Below, one piece after another: positions 20,801 through 28,417 of a DNA stretch of 64,000 nucleotides. A program made the translations under genes and the position numbers. Source of the DNA: Clostridiaceae bacterium. GTDB taxonomy: Bacteria; Bacillota; Clostridia; Saccharofermentanales; DTU023. The stretch is from NCBI GenBank assembly GCA_012841015.1, contig DUVN01000023.1:60436-124435 (forward strand). Direction: 5' to 3'. The notes under the pieces are model-generated. The model was not told the origin of the DNA and made no database searches. It was given only the letters and a program-made list of their open reading frames with translations. The first letter of the stretch is position 1. Each line of letters begins with the position of its first letter.

Positions 20801-21256
20801 TGTGGCGGCTATCTGGCAGGCAACCATAACCTGATCGAGTACCTCCGTTATAATTTGCCAGGCTTCGTCTTTTCTGTCGGCATCAGCCCACCGCTCGCTG
20901 CCGCCGTTGTGAAAGCGATTGAGATCATGGAGAGGGACAACAGTCGTGTTGAAAGATTGCACCGGAATATCGCTACCTTTATGCGCGAAGCGAAGCGCTA
21001 CGATTTTGATACGTGTCTTGCTGGCGAAACAGCCATTACGCCCATCTTAATCGGATCCGATGAACTTGCCTTTATGCTTTCAAAACAACTTGAAGAAGAC
21101 GGTATCATTGTTCCTCCTGCCGTCTTCCCGGCCGTGGCACGCGGACAGGCGAGACTGCGTTTCTGCTTGACAAGTGAACACACGGAGGAGCAAATTGTAT
21201 ATGCCCTTGAGTGTCTCCACAAGAGACTGGAACCACTGCTAGGCATGTTAAAATAA
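17855..21256 (+). CDS. Tri-domain fusion: fatty-acyl-AMP ligase/adenylation domain, carrier protein (PP-binding), and alpha-oxoamine synthase (class-II PLP aminotransferase)
   Basis: The adenylation domain has TSGTTG (T198), GYGMTE, TGDIGR and a terminal K. The carrier has GGDSL with Ser666 (nt 19850). The AOS domain has SGSRLL, DEAHS and GTLSKGFG with Lys978 (nt 20786). GAGGAGG precedes the ATG. Confidence 0.9.
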   Translation: MFDIEKFADELRKNPGYRTIFKQMTHYTEEDAIEMYTPEGVVKITYPEMLGMVDETARRVSAFFETNEMKRVVEAKTRTLNPDDPGRRGWVGLKIQNSPNFACLFWGVMASGHPVVLIDSRASDPLTDMLAKETGIVVLIADEAPKRETPYPIVTANRFVPDWRDPQTVQTYARKEGDVTRERAEDRPGWAGHITLCTSGTTGLSRCYVHDDNGITEQYMCLIPLSQETDRWVRTGVREKTLAFIPWHHVFGFIVCFIFPQIMGNTMVIPAKPSPEAIVQACQGSGVTQLVAIPAVWNGIARIVKKRFVEATGKSEEEFDAMIDLSLSYQRAGVDLPPMVAGILSVIRSQLFGDTLYLGVSGGGYILPESLRTINGLGYYLVNGYGMTEIGIFSVVNSEDVEIRLDGNVGRPFYPGSLQIDLLDGVSEEEDTDGHGELLVRNDVVFVGTLKGGRFFKRDHREWFRTGDIGRYQNGYTYLDGRVKDIILKADGENIYPDELEGSYETIPGVQRLVIFGLSDGHYDEIALMIEPVSGADPSTFAEMVADINATVPMSQQIQRLFVSEKPLELSASAKVRRGPVAEAVANGEWPLQEYPLNPQQVIVDEEMPTEIEKQVSTYFIPELAADPAFFEVRKSVQEMVAEVLTIPIEKVKPSSWFAQDLGGDSLQSISLLTYAEEKYALTIDERLFNRDLTVNDIAALVYRRIGGEFADESRTIDSAYGERPVQRIKSFEETPEFKAFMARRESLASAIEAFGNPYFVAQDSSLRDVSYIGDRKMINFASYNYVGMSGDPEVNEAAIEAVKQYGTSASGSRLLAGEKTIHQKLEKKLANWKGTEDAIALVGGHSTNVTFIGNFCSEQDLILYDVLIHNSITEGIRMSLADARPFPHNDVRSLENILESRRDRYEKVLIVIEGAYSMDGDVAPIPEFVRIKKQYDCFLMVDEAHSMLVLGKTGRGVDEHFGIDPKEIDIHMGTLSKGFGTCGGYLAGNHNLIEYLRYNLPGFVFSVGISPPLAAAVVKAIEIMERDNSRVERLHRNIATFMREAKRYDFDTCLAGETAITPILIGSDELAFMLSKQLEEDGIIVPPAVFPAVARGQARLRFCLTSEHTEEQIVYALECLHKRLEPLLGMLK

Positions 21257-21489
21257 GTCGTACGTATGCACACTAAAAGTTACTGAGAGGATAGCGGATG
21301 CGGTACTGTCAATTATATTCAGTGCCAAGGATTCACACGCACTTTGTGCTTTGAAGTGTGATGCAAGGAATGAAGCGATACCCTCAACGGCCTCGATCTA
21401 TTGTCATAGGTGCTTATGGGAGGAGTAAAAATGTTGTCACGGTACTACAATCCGGATAGACTTTAAGGTACAAGGAATGGAGTATTAGC

Positions 21490-21834
21490 GTGAGAAGAGA
21501 AGCAACATACACTATTTACTGGTTCTTTTCGCTTGCTCCGTTTCTGACTGCCGTTCCGCTTTTCTTTCTCATGCCAGAAAAGGTGCCTGCCCGCATATTG
21601 GCGCTCACAATGATTGAGCGCCACGGGACGAGGTGGGAAGTCTTTCTCATTCCACTGAGCTGGTTGATTGTCTCTGTCGTCATCGACGTCATTTTTCGCA
21701 TGATTGAACGATCTTCGGGCTCTGTGTTACCTATGCGGATGGCCGTGACGCGCATTTTAATGGCTATTATTTTCTGTACTCTTGCGATTTATATGGAACT
21801 GATTCTTTATCGTGCTGCGATGATCTATATTTAG
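21490..21834 (+). CDS. Small 3-4 TM membrane protein (DUF1648-like)
   Basis: Hydrophobic profile. MPEKVPAR....RHGTRWEVFLIPL resembles the DUF1648 N-terminal pattern. GTG start. Confidence 0.45.
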   Translation: MRREATYTIYWFFSLAPFLTAVPLFFLMPEKVPARILALTMIERHGTRWEVFLIPLSWLIVSVVIDVIFRMIERSSGSVLPMRMAVTRILMAIIFCTLAIYMELILYRAAMIYI

Positions 21835-21914
21835 CGACCTATCTTCAAAATCAGCGCGCGACACTGCCATTCCTCGATCAATTTTGAGAAAGTCTGCACT
21901 CTAGACGCCCCGTG

Positions 21915-21943
21915 TTGCTACAATCTGGGCGTCATTTCATAAT
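21915..21943 (+). promoter_or_regulatory. Sigma-A-like promoter embedded in a 7-bp inverted repeat
   Basis: TTGCTA-17 nt-CATAAT. GACGCCC (21904-21910) and GGGCGTC (21927-21933) bracket the -35. Confidence 0.4.
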
Positions 21944-22284
21944 CTCCAAAGAATAAAACTGAGCTTCCTTTTGGGGTTACAAGTGGCGGCGGGGACGCGG
22001 GGGCAGGCAAAGAACCGCTGATGTTGAATTGTTTCTTGCCATACCTGATCGTGCATACGGTGGCTAAGACCGTTGTTATATTATCTGAAAAAGCGGGAGT
22101 CTCACCTGATCACGGGCTGCCGAGGGGTTCAACGCCTTGGCCGTCGCGTCATCCAGTTCGTCTCAACGGACCGCGGGCGGCTGAGGGATTGGAGAGGGAG
22201 CTTTGCCGAGTTAACAACTTAATGACACACCCATTTGAGAGCTGTAGTATCATGGATTTATCGAAAAAGAGGGAAAGGTTGTCT

Positions 22285-23673
22285 ATGTTCAGCGATACAT
22301 TATTTGAATACAAACGATATTTTATTGACGGTGCGGAAAGTGAGTTGCGCGCTCAGCATAATACAGGAAGGCGTGTCTCTTTTTTAGATGGTCAGATGAT
22401 CGGTAATGTTCGCCAAGATTACAAAGGTGTGAGTGCGCGTGTTCGACGCGGTGGTCTTTACGGCTTCTCTTCAAAGGGTGACTACACGCGACGCTCCGTG
22501 GAAAGCGTATTAAAGGAAGCGTCGAACAATGCACTTTTTCTCGAACAACACGTCAGCCCGACCAAAGGTCGACTTTCGCCAGTGCCGATTGGCACGGTGA
22601 CGCGAGAGGAGTCCGTCAACGATGTGGAGCAGTCTTTTTATATCGAGCTCTGCCGTTCGATGGACGCGTACATCGTTGCTCATTGCCCGAACATTATCAG
22701 TCGACGAGTCAGCGCCTTTAGCGATTCGGTTGAGAAGGTCATCACTGTTTCGAACGGATATGATGCGCACATGGTCACACCGCGCAGCTACATCAGTGTC
22801 ATGTTGACAGCCGAGTCAGCGACGGGCACTCCCGTTGACGTGATGGCAGCGGTCGGTGGTTTTGGCACAATCGACAATCATTTCGTTGATCTTAATGAGG
22901 CGAAAGCGAAGGTTGACAAGCTATACGAGCAACTGCAGCAAAAGTGTGAAGGCATCTATGCGAAGGCGGGCGAGGCCACGTGTATTCTATCAGGTCATAT
23001 GGCGGGCATGCTTGCCCATGAAGCCGTAGGTCATACGGTGGAAGCCGATCTTGTTCAGAGCGGGTCAGTGTCGGCGTACTTGCTCGGCAAACAGGTAGCC
23101 TCCGAGAAAGTCTCGATGGTCGATTATGCGCATACTGTCTTCGGCGAGCCTGCGCCTCTTCCAGTCTATGTCGACGATGAGGGAGTGAAGGCGGAAGACG
23201 CCGTGTTGATTCAAGACGGCATCTTAACGGAGTATATGAACAATCGCCAGTCAGCCGATCTTTACAGTATGACGCCTCGCGGCAACGCACGTGCGTGGCT
23301 ATTCTCCGATGAGCCTCTCATCCGTATGCGCAATACGGCGATTGTGCCGGGAGACGATAAGCTCGAGGATATGATCGCTTCGGTAGACGACGGCTATTAC
23401 TTAGTTGATTCCGGCAATGGACAAGCCGATATGACGGGAGAATTCATGTTCGGCGTGACGATCGGATATGAAATCAAAAAGGGAAAGCTCGGGCGTGCCA
23501 TACTCGATACAACCATTTCGGGTGTTGCCTTTGAGATGCTGAAAACGGTCGATATGGTCTCCGATGAGTTGGAGTGGGTGAGCGCCGGTTTTTGTGGAAA
23601 GAAGCAACCGATGGCAGTAGGTCTCGGTGGCCCGCATATCCGCTGCAGGTTGACGATGGGAGGCAAAGCGTAA
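22285..23673 (+). CDS. tldD: TldD-family metalloprotease
   Basis: HEAVGHTVEAD (HExxxH) and the GGxxD..G C-terminal beta domain. ATG 22285 is preceded by AGAGGGAAAGG. The track ORF start at 22021 is an unsupported 88-codon extension. Confidence 0.9.
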   Translation: MFSDTLFEYKRYFIDGAESELRAQHNTGRRVSFLDGQMIGNVRQDYKGVSARVRRGGLYGFSSKGDYTRRSVESVLKEASNNALFLEQHVSPTKGRLSPVPIGTVTREESVNDVEQSFYIELCRSMDAYIVAHCPNIISRRVSAFSDSVEKVITVSNGYDAHMVTPRSYISVMLTAESATGTPVDVMAAVGGFGTIDNHFVDLNEAKAKVDKLYEQLQQKCEGIYAKAGEATCILSGHMAGMLAHEAVGHTVEADLVQSGSVSAYLLGKQVASEKVSMVDYAHTVFGEPAPLPVYVDDEGVKAEDAVLIQDGILTEYMNNRQSADLYSMTPRGNARAWLFSDEPLIRMRNTAIVPGDDKLEDMIASVDDGYYLVDSGNGQADMTGEFMFGVTIGYEIKKGKLGRAILDTTISGVAFEMLKTVDMVSDELEWVSAGFCGKKQPMAVGLGGPHIRCRLTMGGKA

Positions 23674-23800
23674 TGTGTCGAGTAAAACACTTGTTTATGG
23701 ATCGGCATTTCTCCCGTTCGCCACAATCTGCCAGAGTGATAGCGGGAAAGCAGTTTATGTACCTAAATGTACCAGATAGACAAAAGAGGGGAGTCATTGT

Positions 23801-25102
23801 ATGAGATCGATGGAAAAACTAGCTCAATTTGGTTTATCTGAGCTGCAAGAGGGCCGTGCTGATCAGGCCGTCTGCTCTGTGTCTCGCTCTGTGATGCGTG
23901 AATTGACGGCAGAGTGGGGTGAGTTTAGCTTATATCGAACGATTTTTGACGATTCCGTCGGCTTTATGGCGACAATCGGTGGAAGGCGTGGAGTTCTGTC
24001 ACAGAATTCCGTCGACGAAGATGCCATTCGAGAGGGAGCTTCCAATTGTTTAAAGTCGGCAGGAGCTGCAGATCCTGACGAGGCGTGGCAGCTCGCTCCA
24101 CCAGTGCCGGAGCAGAACTTCGAGTCTGGGCCGCTCACATGTGACGAAGAAAAGTTGTTTGAACGATGTGAGGAGCTTTTGGCAGATATCCGCGCGCGTT
24201 TTCCTCTCATAAGCGTCGGGTCACTCGTGGCAACGCATGTTCTAAGGGAGGGTGTGAGCCTCTTTTCTACAGGGAGTCGATTTTTCTCACGGCGCGGCGC
24301 CTACTCTGTCAGCCTGTTATTCAACGCGACGGAACAAGAAGCGACATCATCGTTCTTTTCGACATCGGTGGAAATACTCGATCTTGAGACTCCCTTTATT
24401 GAGCTCGGGAGTTTCGAGGCTGACCTTGCCTCCATTTCAAGACAAGTTTTTACGAAGCCGATGGACGACAAGTTTACAGGGACGGTGTTGCTGACACCAG
24501 ATTGTTTCGGCGATCTGCTCGCAACGTGCATCGGGACATACGCATCGGACGGCGTTATTCTAGACGGCACAAGCCTTTGGCTTGAAAAGATCGATCAACA
24601 AGTTGCGAGCGATAAACTGAGCCTGAAACTTGCCCCGTTACATCCTGATGTCGTCGCAGGGCAACGCTTCACGTCGGAAGGCTATATCGCAGAAGATTAC
24701 GACATGATCGAGCAGGGCATTCTGAGACAGTTCCGTCTCAGCGATTATGCCGCCCGCAAAACAGGCTATAAGAGGTCGCCTAATTCTTCTCTCGGCAGTT
24801 TCATTGTAGAACCTGGCGAGGAGCTGCTAGAGACGATGATTCGAGGTATTGATCGTGGACTCTTCGTCGCGCGGTTATCGGCAGGATCGCCCAGTGCATC
24901 GGGTGATTTCTCTGGTGTTGCGAAGAACTGTTTTCTGATTGAAAAGGGCGAAATTAAAGAGGCGTTGAGTGAGACAATGATCAATGGAAATTTGGCAGAA
25001 TTTCTTATGAACATTAAATCGCTCTCGAAAGAAATCGTAAAAGATGGTAGTTCCGTGTTGCCTTGGGTTACAATTGAAAGTGTCGGGATCGCAGGGAAGT
25101 AA
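23801..25102 (+). CDS. pmbA: PmbA/TldE-family protein (partner of TldD, lacks HExxxH)
   Basis: TldD/PmbA fold-family sequence (..SGDFSGVAKNCFLIEKGEI..). AGAGGGGAG SD. Confidence 0.85.
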   Translation: MRSMEKLAQFGLSELQEGRADQAVCSVSRSVMRELTAEWGEFSLYRTIFDDSVGFMATIGGRRGVLSQNSVDEDAIREGASNCLKSAGAADPDEAWQLAPPVPEQNFESGPLTCDEEKLFERCEELLADIRARFPLISVGSLVATHVLREGVSLFSTGSRFFSRRGAYSVSLLFNATEQEATSSFFSTSVEILDLETPFIELGSFEADLASISRQVFTKPMDDKFTGTVLLTPDCFGDLLATCIGTYASDGVILDGTSLWLEKIDQQVASDKLSLKLAPLHPDVVAGQRFTSEGYIAEDYDMIEQGILRQFRLSDYAARKTGYKRSPNSSLGSFIVEPGEELLETMIRGIDRGLFVARLSAGSPSASGDFSGVAKNCFLIEKGEIKEALSETMINGNLAEFLMNIKSLSKEIVKDGSSVLPWVTIESVGIAGK

Positions 25103-25322
25103 AGCGGACGTAAAGGTGACATCGACTTCTATATCTGTTTACTTTGATGTTCGAACACGTACGAAAAGAGATCAGCAGGCGGCATATGTGCTTACTTGTC
25201 TTTAAGATTAGGACACTTACGGGGAACAAGGTTACTAGCAGAGTAATATGTGCCAGTTCATCTTTGAGGATTGAAAGTACGCAGGGATTACGGGAATCAG
25301 TAGGTGCTAAAGGAGTTGCGAT

Positions 25323-25901
25323 ATGCTTGATAACGTAGAAAAAAAGGCGGGCAAGACGCCTAGGAGAGTGTTTTGGGAGTTGATGCTGATCGGTGTCGTT
25401 TTATTTATTGCAGGCATCTTTACCCTCGTGTATCCGCTGGTGACACTCAAGTTCATCTTGATTATTTTAGGGATTGTCTCCATCATCAGCAGCGTCGGTT
25501 TTCTCATGCGCTTTTTGCGAATTAAAGATGATGCGGGATGGGCGAGTTCTTTTGTGCTCGTATTGGCAGGACTCCTGTTCATATTTGGTATCATTCTTAT
25601 CATTAAACCGGATGAAACATGGAATCTCCTGATCTATTTAGTCGGTTTGTGGTTTGCTGCCTATGCCGTCTATTCGATCATCGCTTCGGTGAAGATTAAG
25701 GCTTTCAGCCAAGAGATGTTCGTCGTTACATTAGTGCTCGGCTTGTTGCTGCTTATCACCGGTGTTTTGTTGATTTTATCACCATCGATCGGCATTACGT
25801 TCGTCGGTACGTTGATCGGAATCGCTCTCGTCATCAACGGCTTAGAGTTTAGCATTCTCGCGATTGTAGACAAGCTGAACGATCGACAAAAGAGGGAATG
25901 A
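25323..25901 (+). CDS. HdeD/DUF308 family membrane protein
   Basis: Six TM helices in three tandem DUF308-like pairs. Confidence 0.75.
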   Translation: MLDNVEKKAGKTPRRVFWELMLIGVVLFIAGIFTLVYPLVTLKFILIILGIVSIISSVGFLMRFLRIKDDAGWASSFVLVLAGLLFIFGIILIIKPDETWNLLIYLVGLWFAAYAVYSIIASVKIKAFSQEMFVVTLVLGLLLLITGVLLILSPSIGITFVGTLIGIALVINGLEFSILAIVDKLNDRQKRE

Positions 25902-26045
25902 CATTTCCTGCGAGTGAAGCCATGCTGCGTGTTGCGTCAAAGATCTAAGCTTTTCTGAATGATTGCGGCACGCTCTTCAGGCACGGCATGCTGATTGGCG
26001 TGCTATAGTATTAAAAGACTGAATGGATGGGAGGAAGATTTTACC

Positions 26046-26201
26046 ATGTCAGATAAAAAGAGAGTTTTTACATTGCCAACACGCCAACTGATTGATGCCG
26101 ACAGGCGCGACGGTTGTGGCGAATGCCAGACGTCTTGCCAATCGGCCTGTAAAACGTCGTGCGGTGTCGCTAATCAAGTGTGTGAGCAAGAGCGCGAATA
26201 A
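26046..26201 (+). CDS. SCIFF (six-cysteines-in-forty-five) ranthipeptide precursor
   Basis: MSDKKRVFTLPTRQLIDADRRDGCGECQTSCQSACKTSCGVANQVCEQERE contains the invariant GCGECQTSCQSACKTSC core. GGGAGGAAG SD. The track start at 25995 is too early. Confidence 0.9.
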   Translation: MSDKKRVFTLPTRQLIDADRRDGCGECQTSCQSACKTSCGVANQVCEQERE

Positions 26202-26285
26202 GCGTATTCTGAGTGTGACAAAGAGTTTAAGGGACAGCGTGCACGTTTAGAGAGATTTGCGTACTGAACGCTTGCGGATAGTCGG

Positions 26286-27785
26286 ATGGTACATCAGTAT
26301 AAACTGAACGGCTTCAACATCGTGTTGGATGTCGATAGCGGTAGCATTCATCTCGTAGACGATCTCGTCTACGAGATTATTATGTTGTTCGAAAAAGCTG
26401 ATCGAGATGGTATCATTCGCGCTCTATCGGATCGTTTTGATTCTGACGACATTCGTTCAGCGCTTGATGAAGTACAAGAGCTCGTCAAACAACAAAAATT
26501 GTTTTCACAAGCAGATCACGCGGCGCGACTTTTTGAAGGACGCGAGTACGCGGTAGGCGCGGTGTCGCGGACAACGAAAGAGCGAGGCGCGGTTGAGAAG
26601 CGACGGACAGCTAAAGAGGAGTGTTCGACAGCAGACGGACGTCTCGACGCGCATGTCAATACGTCGAAGTATCATTGCTGGAATGAGAATGTCATCAAGG
26701 CGCTCTGCCTCAATGTCGCCCATACGTGTAATCTAGACTGCTCCTATTGTTTTGCCGGACAGGGCAAGTACAAAGGAGAGCAGGCGCTGATGGTGGTTGA
26801 AACGGGAAGAAAGGCGATCGACTTTCTTATCGAACATTCGGGATCACGACGAAACTTGGAAGTTGATTTTTTCGGTGGCGAACCGCTCCTCAACTGGCAG
26901 ATGGTCAAAGACGTTGTTGCTTACGCGCGTTCCATCGAAGAGCAATACGGCAAGCGCTTTCGTTTTACGCTGACGACGAACGGCGTGCTCATCGACGATG
27001 ACGTGATCGACTTTACAAATAAGGAGATGCACAATGTCGTCTTAAGTTTAGACGGCCGTCCTCATGTGCACGATCGCTTCCGTGTCGATATTGGTGGGAA
27101 TGGCAGTTATGCCCGTGTCGTTCCGAAGTTTCTTGAGCTCGTTCGCAGGCGTGATCAAGGCACGTATTACGTCAGAGGTACGTACACACATCTCAATGTC
27201 GATTTTCTGAACGATATCCTCCACATGCTCGACCTCGGGTTTCGCGAAATCAGCATGGAACCTGTCGTGTGCCGACCTGAGGAGCCATATGCGCTGACGG
27301 ATGAGGACATGCCGATCATCATGCGGCAGTACGAAGAGCTTGCAGAGGAAATACTGCGCCGCGAGCGTGAGGGGGACCCCTTTCAGTTTTACCATTTCAT
27401 GATTGATCTCGAACACGGACCCTGCATTTACAAGCGGATCATAGGCTGCGGCGCGGGAACAGAATATCTTGCCGTCACGCCTTCGGGTGATCTCTACCCC
27501 TGTCATCAGCTCGTCGACGATCCGTCTTTTCGAATTGGGAATCTCGAGGACGGCGTGACGGAGCATGACCTTCAGGACGCGTTTCGAACGTGCAATGTCT
27601 TCGCCCGTGAAGCGTGTCGTGCTTGCTGGGCGAAACTCTATTGCGCCGGCGGCTGTGCCGCGAACGCTTTCCACATGTCGGGCAGCCTTTTAGGAACGGA
27701 TGCCTTCGGGTGTGAACTTTTCAAAAAGCGTATCGAATGCGCCATCATGATAAAAGTCGCCAAGGCAGTTGCCTCGGCGACATGA
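26286..27785 (+). CDS. SCIFF radical-SAM/SPASM thioether-forming maturase
   Basis: CNLDCSYCF radical-SAM motif, a C-terminal SPASM Cys cluster (CRACWAKLYCAGGCAANAF), an N-terminal RRE-like segment, and a position directly 3' of the SCIFF gene. Confidence 0.9.
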   Translation: MVHQYKLNGFNIVLDVDSGSIHLVDDLVYEIIMLFEKADRDGIIRALSDRFDSDDIRSALDEVQELVKQQKLFSQADHAARLFEGREYAVGAVSRTTKERGAVEKRRTAKEECSTADGRLDAHVNTSKYHCWNENVIKALCLNVAHTCNLDCSYCFAGQGKYKGEQALMVVETGRKAIDFLIEHSGSRRNLEVDFFGGEPLLNWQMVKDVVAYARSIEEQYGKRFRFTLTTNGVLIDDDVIDFTNKEMHNVVLSLDGRPHVHDRFRVDIGGNGSYARVVPKFLELVRRRDQGTYYVRGTYTHLNVDFLNDILHMLDLGFREISMEPVVCRPEEPYALTDEDMPIIMRQYEELAEEILRREREGDPFQFYHFMIDLEHGPCIYKRIIGCGAGTEYLAVTPSGDLYPCHQLVDDPSFRIGNLEDGVTEHDLQDAFRTCNVFAREACRACWAKLYCAGGCAANAFHMSGSLLGTDAFGCELFKKRIECAIMIKVAKAVASAT

Positions 27786-27899
27786 TTAGATGACCTGTTT
27801 GTTGCTCTAATAGTCTTAGAGACTTTTCTACCTGCGTAAGCGATGAGCTTACTGTGTCCCAACACGTTAATCACGACTCTTGAAGCTTTCACTATCTAC

Positions 27900-28320
27900 C
27901 CAAGGTTTATATTCTGCCACAAACACAGAAAATTGCATGAAGCTGCTCTGAGCGAAATGCTTAGTCCGCTAAGGTGGTCAAAAAAGACGCTTTGAGTAGA
28001 AAATCCCAGCCCAAAGTGTAAATTTTGTCCACAAACCGCCTGTAATCGTCCGAATCTGGTCAAAAATGACGTTTGTGGTAAGGGGCCCGTGCTCAAAGCG
28101 TAAATTTTGTCCGCAAGCCGCCTGAAATCGCCCGAATCTGGTCAAAAATGACGTTTTGGGCAAGGACCCGTTACCCAAAGTGTAAATTTTGTCCACAAAC
28201 CGCCTGTAATCGCCCGAATCTGGTTAAAAAAGACGCTTTAGGTAAGGACCCCGTGCTCAAGGTGTAAATGTTGTCCATTAGCCGCTTAACAACTTGCGAA
28301 TCGGGTCAATAAGTCGGACT
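27900..28320 (-). repeat. Family-B tandem repeat array, about 5 units of about 82 bp (reverse complement of the 43.5 kb array)
   Basis: GTAAATTTTGTCC starts at 28018, 28100, 28182 and 28264 (82-bp period), with a degenerate unit from about 27905. Confidence 0.85.
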
Positions 28321-28417
28321 TGCAGCAAGAAATCGCTACTCAAATCCAAAAAACCGGCCAGAATCCATCGTATAAATCCACGAGACCAAGCGATTAAAAG
28401 TTTTCGTACAAGGCGAC

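Noticed and set aside
22043-22140. A TPP-riboswitch-like string (CTGAAAA...ACCTGATC..GGG.T.GCCG.AGGGG)
   Set aside because: It has CUGAAA instead of the invariant CUGAGA, the P3 and P1 pairings cannot be built, and tldD has no link to thiamine. The resemblance is probably chance; only cmsearch could revive the idea.
22021-22284. An 88-aa N-terminal extension of TldD (and similar long starts at 32083 for the VOR alpha subunit, 46248 for the aminotransferase and 25995 for SCIFF)
   Set aside because: The internal ATG codons have proper Shine-Dalgarno sequences and give family-typical N-termini. The extensions have no homology signal and overlap upstream genes or leaders.
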